Origin: Macrostomum lignano | Taxonomy: Eukaryota | DNA length: 64,000 nt | NCBI GenBank assembly: GCA_002269645.1 | Contig: NIVC01001484.1 | Span: 279,134 to 343,133, forward strand | Direction of reading: 5' to 3' | Position numbers and translations under genes: made by a program | Notes under the pieces: generated by a model | What the model was told of the DNA's origin: nothing | The model's database searches: none | What the model saw: the letters and a program-made list of their open reading frames with translations, nothing else | Part shown: positions 13,290-26,736 of the stretch, piece after piece | Position numbering within the stretch: position 1 is the first letter of the stretch | How the letters are laid out: each line of letters opens with the position of its first letter

Positions 13290-13935
13290 AAAGCTACCCA
13301 ATCAGAATCCCTTAACCTACCCAATTAGAATCCCTTAACCTACCCAATTAGAATCCCTTAACCTACCCAATTAGAATCCCTTAACCTACCCAATTAGAAT
13401 CCCCAACCTACCCAATTAGAATCCCTTAACCTACCTATTTAGAATCCTTCAATCTACCCAATTAGAATCCGCAACCCACCCAATTAGAATCCCCAACCTA
13501 CCCAAATTAAAATCCCCAACCTACCCAATTAGAATCCCAAAGCTACCCAATTAGAATCCCCAACCTACCCAATTAGAATCCCCAACCTACCCTATTAGAA
13601 TCCCCAACCTACCCAAATTAAAATCCCCAACCTACCCAATTAGAATCCCAAAGCTACCCAATTAGAATCCCCAACCTACCCAATTAGAATCCCCAACCTA
13701 CCCTATTAGAATCCCCAACCTACCCAATTAGAATGCCCAACCTACCCGATCAGAATCCCCAAGCTACCCGATTAGAATCCTCCAACCTACCCAATAAGAA
13801 TCCCAAAGCTACCCAATCAGAATCTCCAACCTAACCAATTAGAATCCCCAACCTACCCAACTAGAATCCCCAACCTACCCTATTAGAATCCCCAACCTAC
13901 CCGATCAGAATCCCCAAGCTACCCGATTAGAATCT
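13290..13935. repeat. 22-23 bp minisatellite (acctacccaattagaatcccca) upstream of the first DAP3 exon
   Basis: About 28 units. Confidence 0.95.
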
Positions 13936-14659
13936 GCAAGCATAAAAGAGGCATAGAAAAGAATTATAATATGAACAATAAATAAACGCCAACTAAAATC
14001 CACGTTTATATAAAATTCCAAACTGCAGTTACAAACTCGAAATTTCTGTTGCGCCAAGTTAAAGCCAACAAAACAATTTAAACAAGTTTTTTTTGCAGAC
14101 CAGGGTATCAAGTTGAATTTAAACACAGCAAACTTCAGTCTGCTTGCACCAATTATTTACCTGCAGAACCCCACATTGGAACTCTAAGGTCGGAAATTTA
14201 TATTATTTTTACAAACGCAAATATTTTTATTAATCTCAGCAACTGTTTAACAATTCCCCCTTATCCCAATAAAAAGTTACAAACAATAAAAATTGAACAC
14301 AATCGGAACAATTATATATAATATTGTTAGGATGGACAGTAATGAAACAAAGTATAAATAAGCTTCTCAGCGAATGGCAAATGAAGGAGCTAGCATTGGC
14401 TAGAATGTCTCAATAGTAGCATGCGAGTAGCATTTAGCACAAAAAACGCTACAATACTTTGTACAACTTTTAATCAAATTCTCACTGACTTAACTTGTGC
14501 GCGGAGAACAGGCAAGGTTGTATAATGCAAAATTATTCTTGCAGCGATATACAACAGTTGAACACTTAATGGACGCCAGAAAGTAATTTAAACTATGCTT
14601 ATTGAGCTACTCATCCCATAGCGATCCCATAGCGATATATATATATTAGGATTACTACA

Positions 14660-15270
14660 ATAATAGTTGATGCTATGGGATCAGGATTGATGCTTTGGGA
14701 TCAGGATTGATGCTTTGGGATCAGGATTGATGCTTTGGGATCAGGATTGATGCTTTGGGATCAGGATCGATGCTATGGGATCAGGATTGATGCTTTGGGA
14801 TCAGGATCGATGCTATGGGATCAGGATTGATGCTTTGGGATCAGGATTGATGCTATGGGATCAGGATTGATGCTATGGGATTAGGATTGATGCTATGGGA
14901 TCAGGATCGATGCTATGGGATTAGGATTGATGCTATGGGATCAGATCGATGCCATGGGATCAGGATTGATGCTATGGGATCAGGATTAATGCTATGGGAT
15001 CAGGATTGATGCTATGGGATCAGGATCGATGCCATGGGATTAGGATTGATGCTATGGGATCAGGATCGATGCTATGGGATCAGGATTGATGCTATGGGAT
15101 CAGAATTTATTCTTCTTTGGGATCAGCATTGATGCTTTGGGATCAGCATTGATTCTGTGGGAACAGCATTGATTCTGTGAGATCAGTATTGATTCTGTGG
15201 GATCAGTATTGATTCTGTGGGATCAGTATTGATTCTGTGGGATCAAGATTGATGGTATGGGATCAAAATT
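14660..15270. repeat. 20-bp minisatellite (gggatcaggattgatgctat) downstream of the stop at 15384
   Basis: About 30 units; two short inverted copies of the unit core at 14612-14636. Confidence 0.96.
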
Positions 15271-15383
15271 GAGCGAGTCTATTGGATCCAGATTTAATTA
15301 CTTAAACAGTATGTACCCTAAATGAATCCTATATAATTAAAAGTACGTGTTGCACCAGCATTCGAAAACTTGGGAAAACTGTT

Positions 15384-18300
15384 TCAGGATCTTCTAGTTT
15401 TCGAGTTTGTTGTCGTCGAAGAGGGCGGCGGATTCGTTGCCGGGGCACCGTAGCCCGCAACGCCGAGAAAGCTGCCATCGTCGGCTGCAGCAGACGATTC
15501 AGTTGCTGCTTTGGCCTGATTTTGCTGCTGCTGCTGTTTCTGTTGCTGTTGCAGCTGTTGCAGACTCTGCTGTTGCATCATCTGGCGTTGCAGATTTCGT
15601 TGCACATCGCCCAGACTGTTGGCTACAAGGCGAACAATGCCGCCTAATAGGGAGCTGACCTGCGGCTTTACAACAGCAACCTGCGCAGTGGATGGTCAAT
15701 GCGTTGCAATTTTAACTACCGATATGTTTTGAAACTCATGTGATCAAGGGCGATTCCTAATGATCAATAGCGATTCCTAATGATCAAGAGCGATTCCTAA
15801 TGATCAAGGGCGATTCCTAATGAGCAAGGGCGATTCCTAATGATCAAGGGCGATTCCTAATGAGCAAGGGCGATTCCTAATGATCAAGGGCGATTCCTAA
15901 TGATCAATGGCGATTCCTAATGATCAAGAGCGATTCCTAATGATCAAGGGCGATTCCTAATGATCAAGGGCGATTACTAATTATTAAGGACGAGTTATAA
16001 TGATCAATGGCGATTTCTAATTATTTAATGGGTGTTTGTACTTAATGATGAAACTGTCTGATATTTTTTCACCTGACGCTGCTGACCAGTCGATTGCGTA
16101 GCAGTCGTTGACGTGCGACCTCCAACTCCGTCTCCGCCGCTGCTGCTACTGGCGACCACGCGGTCGATGAAGGAACTGCTGACTGGCACAATTGGCTGGG
16201 CGATGCGCTGCTCGACGGCGCCCTGCTCATCGGCGTAGAGGAAACTCTCGGCCCGTTGCACCTGCGACACGTGGTTTTTAACTATAGCAATGTTCTTGCA
16301 GACCAACATAATCAATTCAGTATGAGAGTTCAGGCTAGAAATCTACCAGAATCTCATCTGATCTACCAGAATCTCATCTAATCTACCAGAATCTCATCTG
16401 ATCTACCAGAATCTCTTCTGCTCTACCAGATTGAGACTAGAAATACACCAGAATCTCATGTAATCTACCAGAATCTCGTCTGATCGATCAGAATCTCATC
16501 TGATCTATGAGATTTCAGACTAGAAATCTACCAGAATCTCATCTGATCTATGGGATTTCAGGCTAGAAATCTACCAGAATCTCATCTGATCTATGAGATT
16601 TCAGGCTAGAAATCTACCAGAATCCCATCTGATCTACCAGAATCTCATCTAATCTACCAGAATCTCATCTGATCTACCAGAATCTCTTCTGCTCTACCAG
16701 ATTGAGACTAGAAATCTACCAGAATCTCGTCAGTCGTCTGATCGACCAGAATCTCATCTGATCTATCAGAATCTCATCTGATCTACCAGAATCTCATCTA
16801 ATCTACCAGAATCTCATCTGATCTACCAGAATCTCTTCTGCTCTACCAGATTGAGACTAGAAATCTACCAGAATCTCGTCAGTCGTCTGATCGACCAGAA
16901 TCTCATCTGATCTATCAGAATCTCATCTAATCTACCAGAATCTCAACTAATCTATCAGAATCTCATCTAATCTACCAAAATCTTATCTGATCTACCAGAA
17001 TCTCTTGCTCTACCAAATTCATACTAGAAATCTATTAGAATCTCATCTGATCTACCAGATTCAGACTAGAAATCTACCAGAACCTCATTTAATCTACCAA
17101 AATCTCATCTAATCTGCCAGAACCTCATCTAATCTACCAAAATCTCATCTAATCTGCCAGAACCTCATCTAATCTACCAAAATCTCATCTAATCTACCAG
17201 AATCTCATCTAATCTACCAAAATCTCATCTGCTCTACCAGATTTCAGACTAGAAATCTACCAAAACCTCATCTAATCTACCAGAATCTCATCTAATCTAC
17301 CAGAACCTCATCTAATCTACCAAAATCGCATCTGCTCTACCAGATTTCAGACTAGAAATCTACCAAAACCTCATCTAATCTACCAGAATCTCATCTAATC
17401 TACCAGAACCTCATCTAATCTACCAAAATCGCATCTGCTCTACCAGATTTCAGACTAGAAATCTACCAGAACCTCATCTAATCTACCAGAATCTCATCTA
17501 ATCTACCAGAACCTCATCTAATCTACCAAAATCTCATCTGCTCTACCAGATTTCAGACTAGAAATCTAATCCAGAAGCAGAACAGCGGTGCCTTCAGCTG
17601 TACCTTCTCTCCTTCGCGCAGCTCAAGTTGCCTTCGCAGAACTTCGCCAGTCTTCGAGTTGGACCCAGCCGAGCTCAAACGATCAGCAGCTGCGGCCGCC
17701 TCCTTGGCCGCCTGTCGCTGACGCATGCGACTCATCTGACGTTCAACGAAAGCGTCGAAAGAATGAGCAGCTCGTCGACTATCGGAGTTGCTGCCAGCGC
17801 CAGCACCGCCGACGCCGCCACTCTCTTGACGATGCCGACTGTGATGGCCGTGATGATTACCGCGACGCTCGTGTCGATGTCTGCGATGACTGCTTGACGA
17901 GTCTTTATGAGCATTCCGGTCGTGGTGACGATGGCGTTTGCGGTGCTTGTGCTCTGAGCTTTTATGCTCCTGAGCACTTCGGTGCCGTCTAACCTTGTCC
18001 TCGTGTCGACCTTTGGACTCGGATTTTCTATGCTGCTTCTGTTGCTGCTGCTGAAGAACGAACTCTCTGGCGTCCGTGGCTTCGCCTAGCTCGTCAAACT
18101 GTGGCAGACAGTCAGCAGCGGCTGTTAGAGTCCTACTCGACTGCAAAACTTCCTCGCCTGCCAAGCCTCCTCTGTCTTCATCAAAGCCGGCAGTCTCCGA
18201 TTCGAGATTATTAGGCGGAGTCGAAGGCAGCAGCATAGCGCTGTCATAGTACGCGCCAGCAAAGCTATTGCGATCAGTTTCGTCTGGCCCGTAGCCAGAG

Positions 18301-18635
18301 TTGGTTTCTAAATCCATGGAAACATTGCCCGGGTCGTCCGCTTCCACTGCGGGATCTAAATCTGGGTCCGGATCCTCGGAAGCAGTAGTTGCAGAAGACT
18401 CCGCGGCATTATTAATCGAGTTAGAATTGTTGCTAGTCTTCTTTTGATAATATTCGCTCAATGAGACGCGCTTCTTCTGCGACTCCTTGTGCTTTAGCTG
18501 CATCATCAGGCGCTTCTTCGGCGGCATGGCGCCATCTGGCTCGGCTGGTGGCTGCGGCTGAGGCGCCGTTGTTGCCGCGTCGGAGACCAGATCCTCTTCG
18601 CCAACCATGGAGAGCCAGCGCTTCTTTGCCGCCAT
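15384..18635 (-). CDS. Uncharacterised low-complexity nuclear protein (basic/His-rich and poly-Q tracts; KKRWL and KKRVSLSEY motifs reminiscent of SETD5/KMT2E/UpSET C-terminal regions), about 516 aa or longer
   Basis: complement(join(15384..15680,16073..16294,17604..18635)); all junctions phase 0 if the AAG acceptor at 16295 is used. The ORF extends upstream to an acceptor at 18677, so further 5' exons are possible. The family assignment is from motif memory only. Confidence 0.7.
15740..16020. repeat. 20-bp minisatellite (tgatcaagggcgattcctaa), intron of the 15.4-18.6 kb gene
   Basis: About 14 units filling most of a 392-bp intron. Confidence 0.96.
16330..17565. repeat. 20-bp-based minisatellite (ctaccagaatctcatctaat) with longer variant units, intron of the 15.4-18.6 kb gene
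   Basis: Fills almost the whole 1.3-kb intron. Confidence 0.96.
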
Positions 18636-18962
18636 TGAATCAATAAATAGGGGCTTTAGTGAAACTATATTCAGATCTGATGCAACAATTAGTCAGATGA
18701 CTGCTGAAATCAATAAATTTACAACCATCAACAATACTAGATGGAATCGAATAAAATGGCAAAAATAGTTGCGATTGCTTGCAACACTTTGCCTTTGCCC
18801 CAATGTCCAATGGCATTTTGTTAATCAATGACATGTACTGTGTATAGAGTACAGTGTATAGACCTCTATACATAGAACATTTGTACATGCATCAAATTTA
18901 ACAATCTTGAGTTTTAAACCTGGACCTTTTTAGCTAGATGCCATTAAATTAAGTTTCACCAC

Positions 18963-19983
18963 GAACTTCTGCGATATAAACTTGCCATAGAAAGAAGGGG
19001 CTGGAAACTTGGGTTTAGTGAGTAAGAAGAAATGTGGGGGCTGGCTGACTTCAATGTATATGTGCATTTGTTAGCTGAAAGGGCTTAGGTAGCGAGACCA
19101 TCTTAGGCCATGGTGAGAAAGGGCACGGTTTTCGGATGCTCAGCACACTATGATTTCAATATCCAGAAAGCAATGCTATGCCAATTTATCACCATCCTAT
19201 GGAAAAAGTGGAGTGTCGGTGCTGGTTGATTGCATTGCTCAATATCATTAATGGCAATGTCAAAATCTGGGGATCTGCATTGGCATCCGGGAGCCAAAAT
19301 GGTAAAAAAGAATGGGCAAAAGTATCCAGCTGATCAACCAACCAAGTTTGCTCATTTGCCACCATCAATGTTTAGTTAAGTAAACCTCCCACTGTAGAAA
19401 AATTGAACATAGGCTTGTTTCAGCTGAATTGCACACAACTGCTGATGATAATCAAGAGCTTGAACTGTTTGGGAAGATGGATTCCATTTCTGCTGAGTTT
19501 TCAGTTTTCTGTCAAGAGGCAATTGAGAAGTTCAGTGGCAGCAAGGATTTATTCAATAAAAGAAACTAGGTCAAGTTGAGTTCAGCGTCAAGATCCACAT
19601 CTGACTTTTATGTATCTGCTAGCAGGCATGGGGTCATTGTAGATGTACCACGTCCAAAGACTCTTCAGAAACAGTTGGGTTGCTTTATGACTGTTGCATC
19701 TCAGAGTGAAGCAAATCTTTGCACCACTTCCTCCCATTAGTAGGAATTGTCTTCTAGCATTTGATAAAATGCACATTAAGCCATCTATTCTTAAGTGGTA
19801 TTTCCTTGTCCATTAATGCATCTAACATTAGATTTATTGATATACTTTTGGATTTTTTACTTGCTTTTAAGCTGATAAATATATGTGTTTGTCTAACCTT
19901 ATCAGCCAGCCCCTATATTATTTACTCACTAAAGCCAAGTTTCCAGTCCTTCTTTCTAAGGTAAATTTATATTGTAGAAGTCC
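18963..19983. mobile_element. Decayed DNA-transposon-like element with about 100-120 bp imperfect terminal inverted repeats
   Basis: 18963-19085 (tagaaagaaggggctggaaacttgggtttagtgagtaa...ggggctggctga) is the reverse complement of about 19862-19983; the interior looks like degraded coding sequence. Confidence 0.7.
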
Positions 19984-22769
19984 CTAGTCTCATATTTCTA
20001 TTGTCATTTTATAAGTTTTAAGTACCAAAGATTTTATAAATCATTTATGGATTTGACAAAAAAGAATTATCAAGTTTTATTTTTAAAAATAATTTTTACA
20101 GTTTTAGTCTGCTTTATAAAATAGTCTTTAAAAATAAATAAGGGGCCTATATTACTAGAAAGTTAAGCTGTTCTCTCTAAACAAACATGACAAATCACAT
20201 ATAGACTAACAGTCTCTAAAGGCATTTGGCAAAGTTCTAAGCAAAAATATAAATTACAGATAGATACTGCTTATTGCTGCAGTTTGTAAGCCCAGTTATA
20301 AAGTTTGATAAGAAATACTCCTTTTAACTATTAATTACTAATACATATAGGCTTATAGGCCTAATAAGGTTTAAGCTTTAAATTTATGCAAAATGCAAAA
20401 TAAATATATCACAATAAGGGTTTATGTCCATATGAACAATTGAGTAGAATAAATTGATCAATTAGTTTGAATGTCTAAGGATTTTACTTATCATATTTAT
20501 GACAAAAAGCCATATAAACTTAATTTGCTATTGATGATTATATTTATATTTTGGAATGCAAAAGCTAAACAATAAAGGACCAATTGAACATTCCAAATTA
20601 TTGACTATCTTAATTCTAAATACAAACTTAGCATTCTAGAAATGTATATTAAGGATCAAAACCTTAGCCTTTATATTTAAATACTATAAGATAGTATATC
20701 ATCTTTGTAAGGCATTCTAAGGTTGACTGGGCCTATTTATTTTTTAAACATTTAAACATTTTTTCTTGCTTTCTATTTTTTATTATTTCTTGCTTATAAT
20801 ATTCTTTTATTATTCTTACCTTATTGATTTGATATCAGACTATACAATTATTGATAATATTTCTAGTTTTACATTCATTTGATCAATTAAACCTTGATAA
20901 CAGACCTTTCCTTTTGTAGGTTAAATTGCACTAGTTTTTTGAATTCAATATAGATTTCAGCTTTATAATAAATTTTATATATGTTACATTATTATATCAT
21001 TGACCTTGTTGGCTTCTTGACTAAAAAATAGGGCCTAAAATAGTAATAAAAAAATAATTTATATATCCTAAACTTAGCAAAAAAGTAGATTCAAAAAGAA
21101 AACTTTAAATGTCAAGTAAAAATAGGAAAAGCATCATATAATCATGTTAGATATAAAAGAAATGTCATATTTATTCTAAAAGATTCATTTAAGAATTGCT
21201 ATAATGTTATAGCTAAAGCTTAGTTGGAATTATTATAATGTGATTGTTGGGGAGAATTACTAAAATGTCAAGGCTTAGACCTACCAGGGAAGAATTATTG
21301 AATAAAATATCAAGACTTTAGGGTTAAGGTTAAAGTTTAGATTAGGCCAGGGTTAGGGGGCCTAATTTTAAGTTTAAGGTTATATATATTAGGGTTAGGG
21401 CCTAGAATGAATTGCTAATATTTAAGACTAACAAGGTATTTGTAGATATTTCAAGGGTTATAGAGAGCATTGCTAATGCTAAGATATTAAGGCTCAAAGG
21501 AAAGATTATTAATGTTAAGCCTATGATTTCAAGGCTTAGGAAGATTGCTAATAATATATTAAGGCTTTTGGGGAGGATTGCTCAAATGTTAAAGCTCATA
21601 ATAAGGGCCTAGCTGAGATTATTATAAGGTAGAATTGCTGAATTGAAATCATTACAAAGAGAAGCTAAATATAGATTATAGTTAATTTAAAAAATTATAT
21701 TTTATTTAGACTACACCTATTCTTTGTTGTTGGCTCCCTTTCTACCATTTGGAACTTGAAACCTTGGAGCACTGGCTCTGTGCATGCCTAGCCCTATACA
21801 GTTTGCGCACCCACCAGTTTGGCACCCTATGCCCCCTTTCCCTGCAGTCCTTAGCTATGATCTTGCTAAAGTGATTGCCCACTAGCAGCCGACCCTTGTT
21901 TATTATGGTGTGAGAGTCTAAAAAAGAAAGAAAGAAGTAGCAATAGCCAATCAAGAGACATCACTAAGAAGCAAAAGCTGCCTACTTAAGATCAGACCCA
22001 GATTTTCAGTCTAGTCAATTCAGCTGACATTGTTGACAAGCCTAAAGCTGCCAAAAAGAAGTTGAAAGCTAGTGCAACAGCTAGTGGTGGCCAGCTCTCA
22101 TTTTTTATGACGCTCTAACAAGCAAGTCTATTTGTGTCAAATGTGGTCGGCAATATATTCATGCTTAGGCATAACCTAGGGATTTGCCTAGCCATTTCTA
22201 TTGGTAACACACACATGCAAATTGCTATTAGACAGAATAGTGTCACGTGACTGCTCTTAGCCAATAGCAACTTACATGTATATGTTACCAATAGAAATGG
22301 CCAAGTGATTCCCAAGGTTACGCATGTATGAATATGTTCATATTCAATTTTTTGAAAAAAACCCATGACTAGAGAGTGACTACCAATCTATTGTATTAAG
22401 CAGTTTGCAACAGATTGTGCTAATGATGCTGGGTGTCATTCAGCGGCACTACAAGATGCAATCAAAGATGCATTTGATTGTCTAAAACATACCAACTTAG
22501 AGCAGCTTCAGCAATGCATTCTATAATATTTTTTGTTAAGACTTTGCCTAATTGCAATAGAGTCATTGCAAGTTATTTTGGCTTTAATTATAATTTTTGG
22601 TTAAAAATTTTTTAGGTTATTATAATAAACTTATCTTCGATAGAAAGAAAGCTTTTCTGCTGAGCCATTTGAGTCCTTATATTGCTTCTGCAAGTGACAT
22701 CATTTCAGCAGTCACTAAGTCCTAATTAAGTGGCATAAAAGTGACAAATTGAGCAAGTCTACAAAAATG

Positions 22770-23370
22770 ACAGTTGCTAGCAACACCAAAATGATGCAGG
22801 GACTTGAGTGGCTCTGCAAAAGTGATGGTTTGCTTGTGGTAGCAAAAATGATGGCAGGGACTTAAGTGGCTTTGCAAAAATGACAGTTGCTTATGGAGCA
22901 AAAATGATGGCAGAGACTTGAGTGGCTTTGCAAAAATGATGGTTGTTTATGGTAGCAAAAATGATGGCAGGGACTTAAGTGGCTCTGCAAAAATGACAGT
23001 TGCTTGTGGTAGCAAAAATGTCGGAAGGGACTTGAATGGCTCTACAAAAATGATGGTTGCTTGTGGTAGCAAAAATGATGGAAGGGACTTGAATGGCTCT
23101 GCAAAAATGATGGTTTGCTTGTGGTAGCAAAAATGATGACAGGGACTTGAGTGGCTCTGCAAAAATGATGATTGCTTATAGTAGCAAAAATGATGGCAGA
23201 GACTTGAGTGGCTTTGCAAAAATGATGGTTGCTTATAGTAGCAAAAATGATGGAAAGGACTTGAGTGGCTCTGCAAAAATGATGATTGCTTATAGTAGCA
23301 AAAATGATGGCAAGGACTTGAGTGGCTCTGCAAAAATGATGGTTGCTTGTGGTAGCAAAATTGATGGCGT
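22770..23370. repeat. About 56-bp tandem repeat (gcaaaaatgatggcagggacttgagtggctctgcaaaaatgatggttgcttgtggta)
   Basis: About 10 diverged units; a remnant copy near 25080. Confidence 0.9.
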
Positions 23371-23744
23371 GTTTCTACGCTTGTAGAAAAAAAGCTTTCT
23401 TTTTATTGATCAATAAGATTCAGAACTACCATCTGCAAAAATGGGCTTGCAAAGAGAATGTGCAAGTAGAGTAGAGAAGATTATATTGATTGATCTGTCC
23501 CTATTAGCTTTGGCATTTTGGCAGTTTTTAGGACCATTTGCATGCTTTATAGCATTTGTTCTACCTAATTTTCAAATTATGTCATTACTTCTCATAGCTA
23601 TTTTCTACCTATTTATAAAGCATGTCATTTCAACTTCATATAGCTATTTTCTACTTATCTAAAAAGTGTATCATTTAAACTTCACATAGCTATTTTTATA
23701 CATTATTATATTTATACATATATATTTATACATTAAGCAATTTA

Positions 23745-24795
23745 TGTTGTGGCCTACACCACAATGACCTTCTCCTCAACCTTTTTTTGGTGCATGCAAA
23801 CCGCCCAGTCTGCCACCCTAGCCAGTTTTATCTGGTTTGAGCTGGTTCAGCCCGGTGTTAGTTTTGGGCAGCTGGCATGTGTGCGGATTGGCTGGCTGGG
23901 CCGGCAGACCCTCTCTTTTCTACCCCCCCTTGTGGAGCCTTACCCAGTGCATGTTTTGATTAGCTGGGCTAGGGTGGGGTGCTTGCAGGGTTCTGTTTTG
24001 TGTGTATTTGCGCTTAGGCTGGTTTGGCCCACTCCCCCATTTTTTCTGCATACTATTTATTAGCTGGCTTGGAGCCAGCCGGTGGCACGCGCTTGGTTTT
24101 CGGTTAGGGCTACACCAGCTACTAAGTAGTGAAACTACTGTAAAAGTACAAAAAACTGCACAAGCCCAGTGAATTCTTGAACAGTGCATCATCAGCCAAT
24201 CCGTGCCACCCGCCGTCTTTGAGCTGCCAGTCCAGTTATCACGGCTAAATAAACTGCGCTATACGAGTTGGTTCAACCCCGCCCAGTGAGCTAAAATTAT
24301 GTTGTTCAGGTTGCGTTTACATTTTTTTGGAGACTCTACACATGACTCCCCTCCATCTTTGATGCCTTATCGCTTCACTTACTTACCTCCTTGCTCACCT
24401 GTACTCTTCAATTGGCTCGGAGTGTCTATATGCCCCAGCTAATCTATCACATCATCTCTTGATTGGTCTAAAGTGTCTGTATGCCCCGGCCAATCCTTCA
24501 CATTCACCTCACTTTTTTATTCACCTCGGTGACTCCCAGGCTAGCTCTGAGTGGCTATCTGCTCCGCTGACTGCAGTAGTACCCCGAGCCTTCCGTGACT
24601 GAGGAGTGTCTGTGCACCCCCCCGAGTTGCATCTCTCCCTCTTTCTCTCGGAGTGGCCATCTGCCTCAAAGAGCGCCAGTCATTTGCCTTCTGTCCATCC
24701 CTCTGCCGCACACCCAGGGCAGTCCCACACCGAACCCGCTACCTGGGGAAAACAAACAACTGGGCTAGACGAGATTACAGCCCGCAAGTACAACA
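23745..24795. mobile_element. Solo LTR (1051 bp), probably Gypsy-type
   Basis: Begins TGTTGT, ends ACAACA, flanked by a 4-bp direct repeat TTTA. GC- and CpG-rich relative to its flanks; internal AATAAA near 24249; interrupts an AT-rich degenerate repeat that continues on both sides. Confidence 0.8.
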
Positions 24796-25344
24796 TTTAT
24801 ACATATTTTTATACATTTATATAGTGCATCACTTCAACTTACTATAGCTATCTTCTATCTATTTATAAAGTGCATCATTTTACCTTTATATATCTATTTC
24901 TTCTAACAATTTTTAAATATGTCAATTCAACTTTTTATGACTAGGCCCCTATCATTTTTGACTTTTAGTTCTATTTAAATATAATTTCATATCATTTGCA
25001 TTTTACAATTCTGATTAATTTTTTTTAACTACTTGATTTCACTTCTATCACTTTCTAGTTGCTTGCGATAGGGCCTAGCCAAAATGATGGCAAGGGCTAA
25101 AGTGATTCTAAAAAACGATGGTTGCAGTTGGAATATATGTGACAATGGCAATTTGAATAGGTTAAAAATATAATAGTCATTTTTTATGAAATGTCATGGG
25201 TCAATTTTTTTTAATCTCATTGAAATGCATATCTGTCATATTTTGCTAAATGTGCAACATTTTTTATATCTATCAATCTATCATAAAAGCCCCAATAAGG
25301 CTATAAATTGCTACAAAAAAGTAAATGACTAATAATAATAATAA

Positions 25345-25788
25345 GGCAGTTGTTATTTGTCCAGTGACCGGACGAATAGCCTTTTTGCTATTTGTCCGGT
25401 TAAATTGCTAACACAAGTATCTTATTTGTTTCGTGATGAATATTCTAGATTTTTAAGACCTATTCTCATATACTGATTAATATTTTCTTGTATACTAGAG
25501 TGTTAAGCAAAGCAGTATATTATTCAATTCGGCATAATTTGGTATATAAGACACACACTAGTATAACAATATAATAATCAAGATACGAGTAAGAAGTCTT
25601 TGAATATATTTACCCTTATGGTTTTTATGAACTAGATATTTTAGCATTATCAATTTAACCGGACAAATAACAAAATGTCTATTTGTCCGGTATTAACCAG
25701 ATGAATAGGAAAGCATGGTCAGGATCCAGTAACCGGACAAATAACCACATCGCTATTCGTCCGGTCACCGGACAAATAACAATCTGCC
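25345..25788. mobile_element. PIF/Harbinger (Tourist-like) MITE, 444 bp
   Basis: TIRs ggcag(a)ttgttatttgtcc(a/g)gtgaccggacgaatagc at both ends; TAA on both flanks (25342-44 and 25789-91); subterminal ccggacaaata repeats. Confidence 0.8.
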
Positions 25789-26736
25789 TAATAATAAAGA
25801 AAAGAATATGCTAAACATCTAGGATTTTAAGGCCTAGGCTAAGGCCGTACAATTAGGCATAGAACTACAAAATATAAACAAACATTTTTAGGCCTATTAG
25901 CTTTTTATTATTATATTATAGGCCTATACTATATATTATATTGTCTAAATTTGCAAATCTGCAACAAATTTATATGCAAACAAAACCACTTGGCCTAGGC
26001 CTAGGCATTTATATGCTAATAACATATTAACAATGTAAGTGCCATAAATCAATTTTTTATACCCACCAACTAGGCCCACAGGGGGATGCAGCCCCATATC
26101 CCTCCTTGTCTATGCCACTAGGCCTAGTTATTAAAGTGTATAGCATTGAGTTGGCCTATTTTAGGTTGCAAAGACTTGAACACAAGAAGAAATTACCAAT
26201 ATCATATTAACATGATGAATTCTGGTCTGATTCTGAATGACAATAGGCCTTATACATATGTATATAAAGTTATCTAAGGCAATCATTTAAAGTTCTGAGA
26301 CCAAACCCATTTACTATCTGTAGGCCTAGCTGTTTTATTAATTAACTTACTTTAACTCTACTGAATGAAAACAAATATGATACTACAAGGGAGGTCGAAC
26401 ATTACATTTAATTTTAAGGTGTGAAGGTGTAAACAATAAAAAGAAAAAAGGCTCAAAAATAAATGTACAGCACCACAATCTTTACATTTTAAGTTATTAT
26501 AGCTACAGCTAAAAATGGGCCTTTTCAATATTGCTTGTTCTGGTTCCATAACCAGAACCAATTTGTAAAGTATAACTTTTTGTCTCCATAACTAGAGGGA
26601 GATACGTGCTATAAAATTTTTATTATTGAATGACAATCGCCAAGAAAAAGTGAAAAATTGTGCTAAGTGAAGTTGTTAAGGCAGTCAAACATTCAACAGA
26701 ATTAAATAGTTATACTGCTGTTTTTCTTGGAAGATC

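Noticed and set aside
17588-17992. Antisense or alternate-frame ORFs overlapping real exons (also at 7004, 8064, 34802, 55980, 57033 and 62211)
   Set aside because: Shadow ORFs expected from GC-rich codon usage on the opposite strand.
21310-21410. TTAGGG-like stretch as an interstitial telomere
   Set aside because: Only a few degenerate units within decayed repeat DNA.
21720-22530. Gene in the moderately GC-richer patch
   Set aside because: Only short stop-interrupted frames; probably decayed TE coding sequence that I cannot assign.
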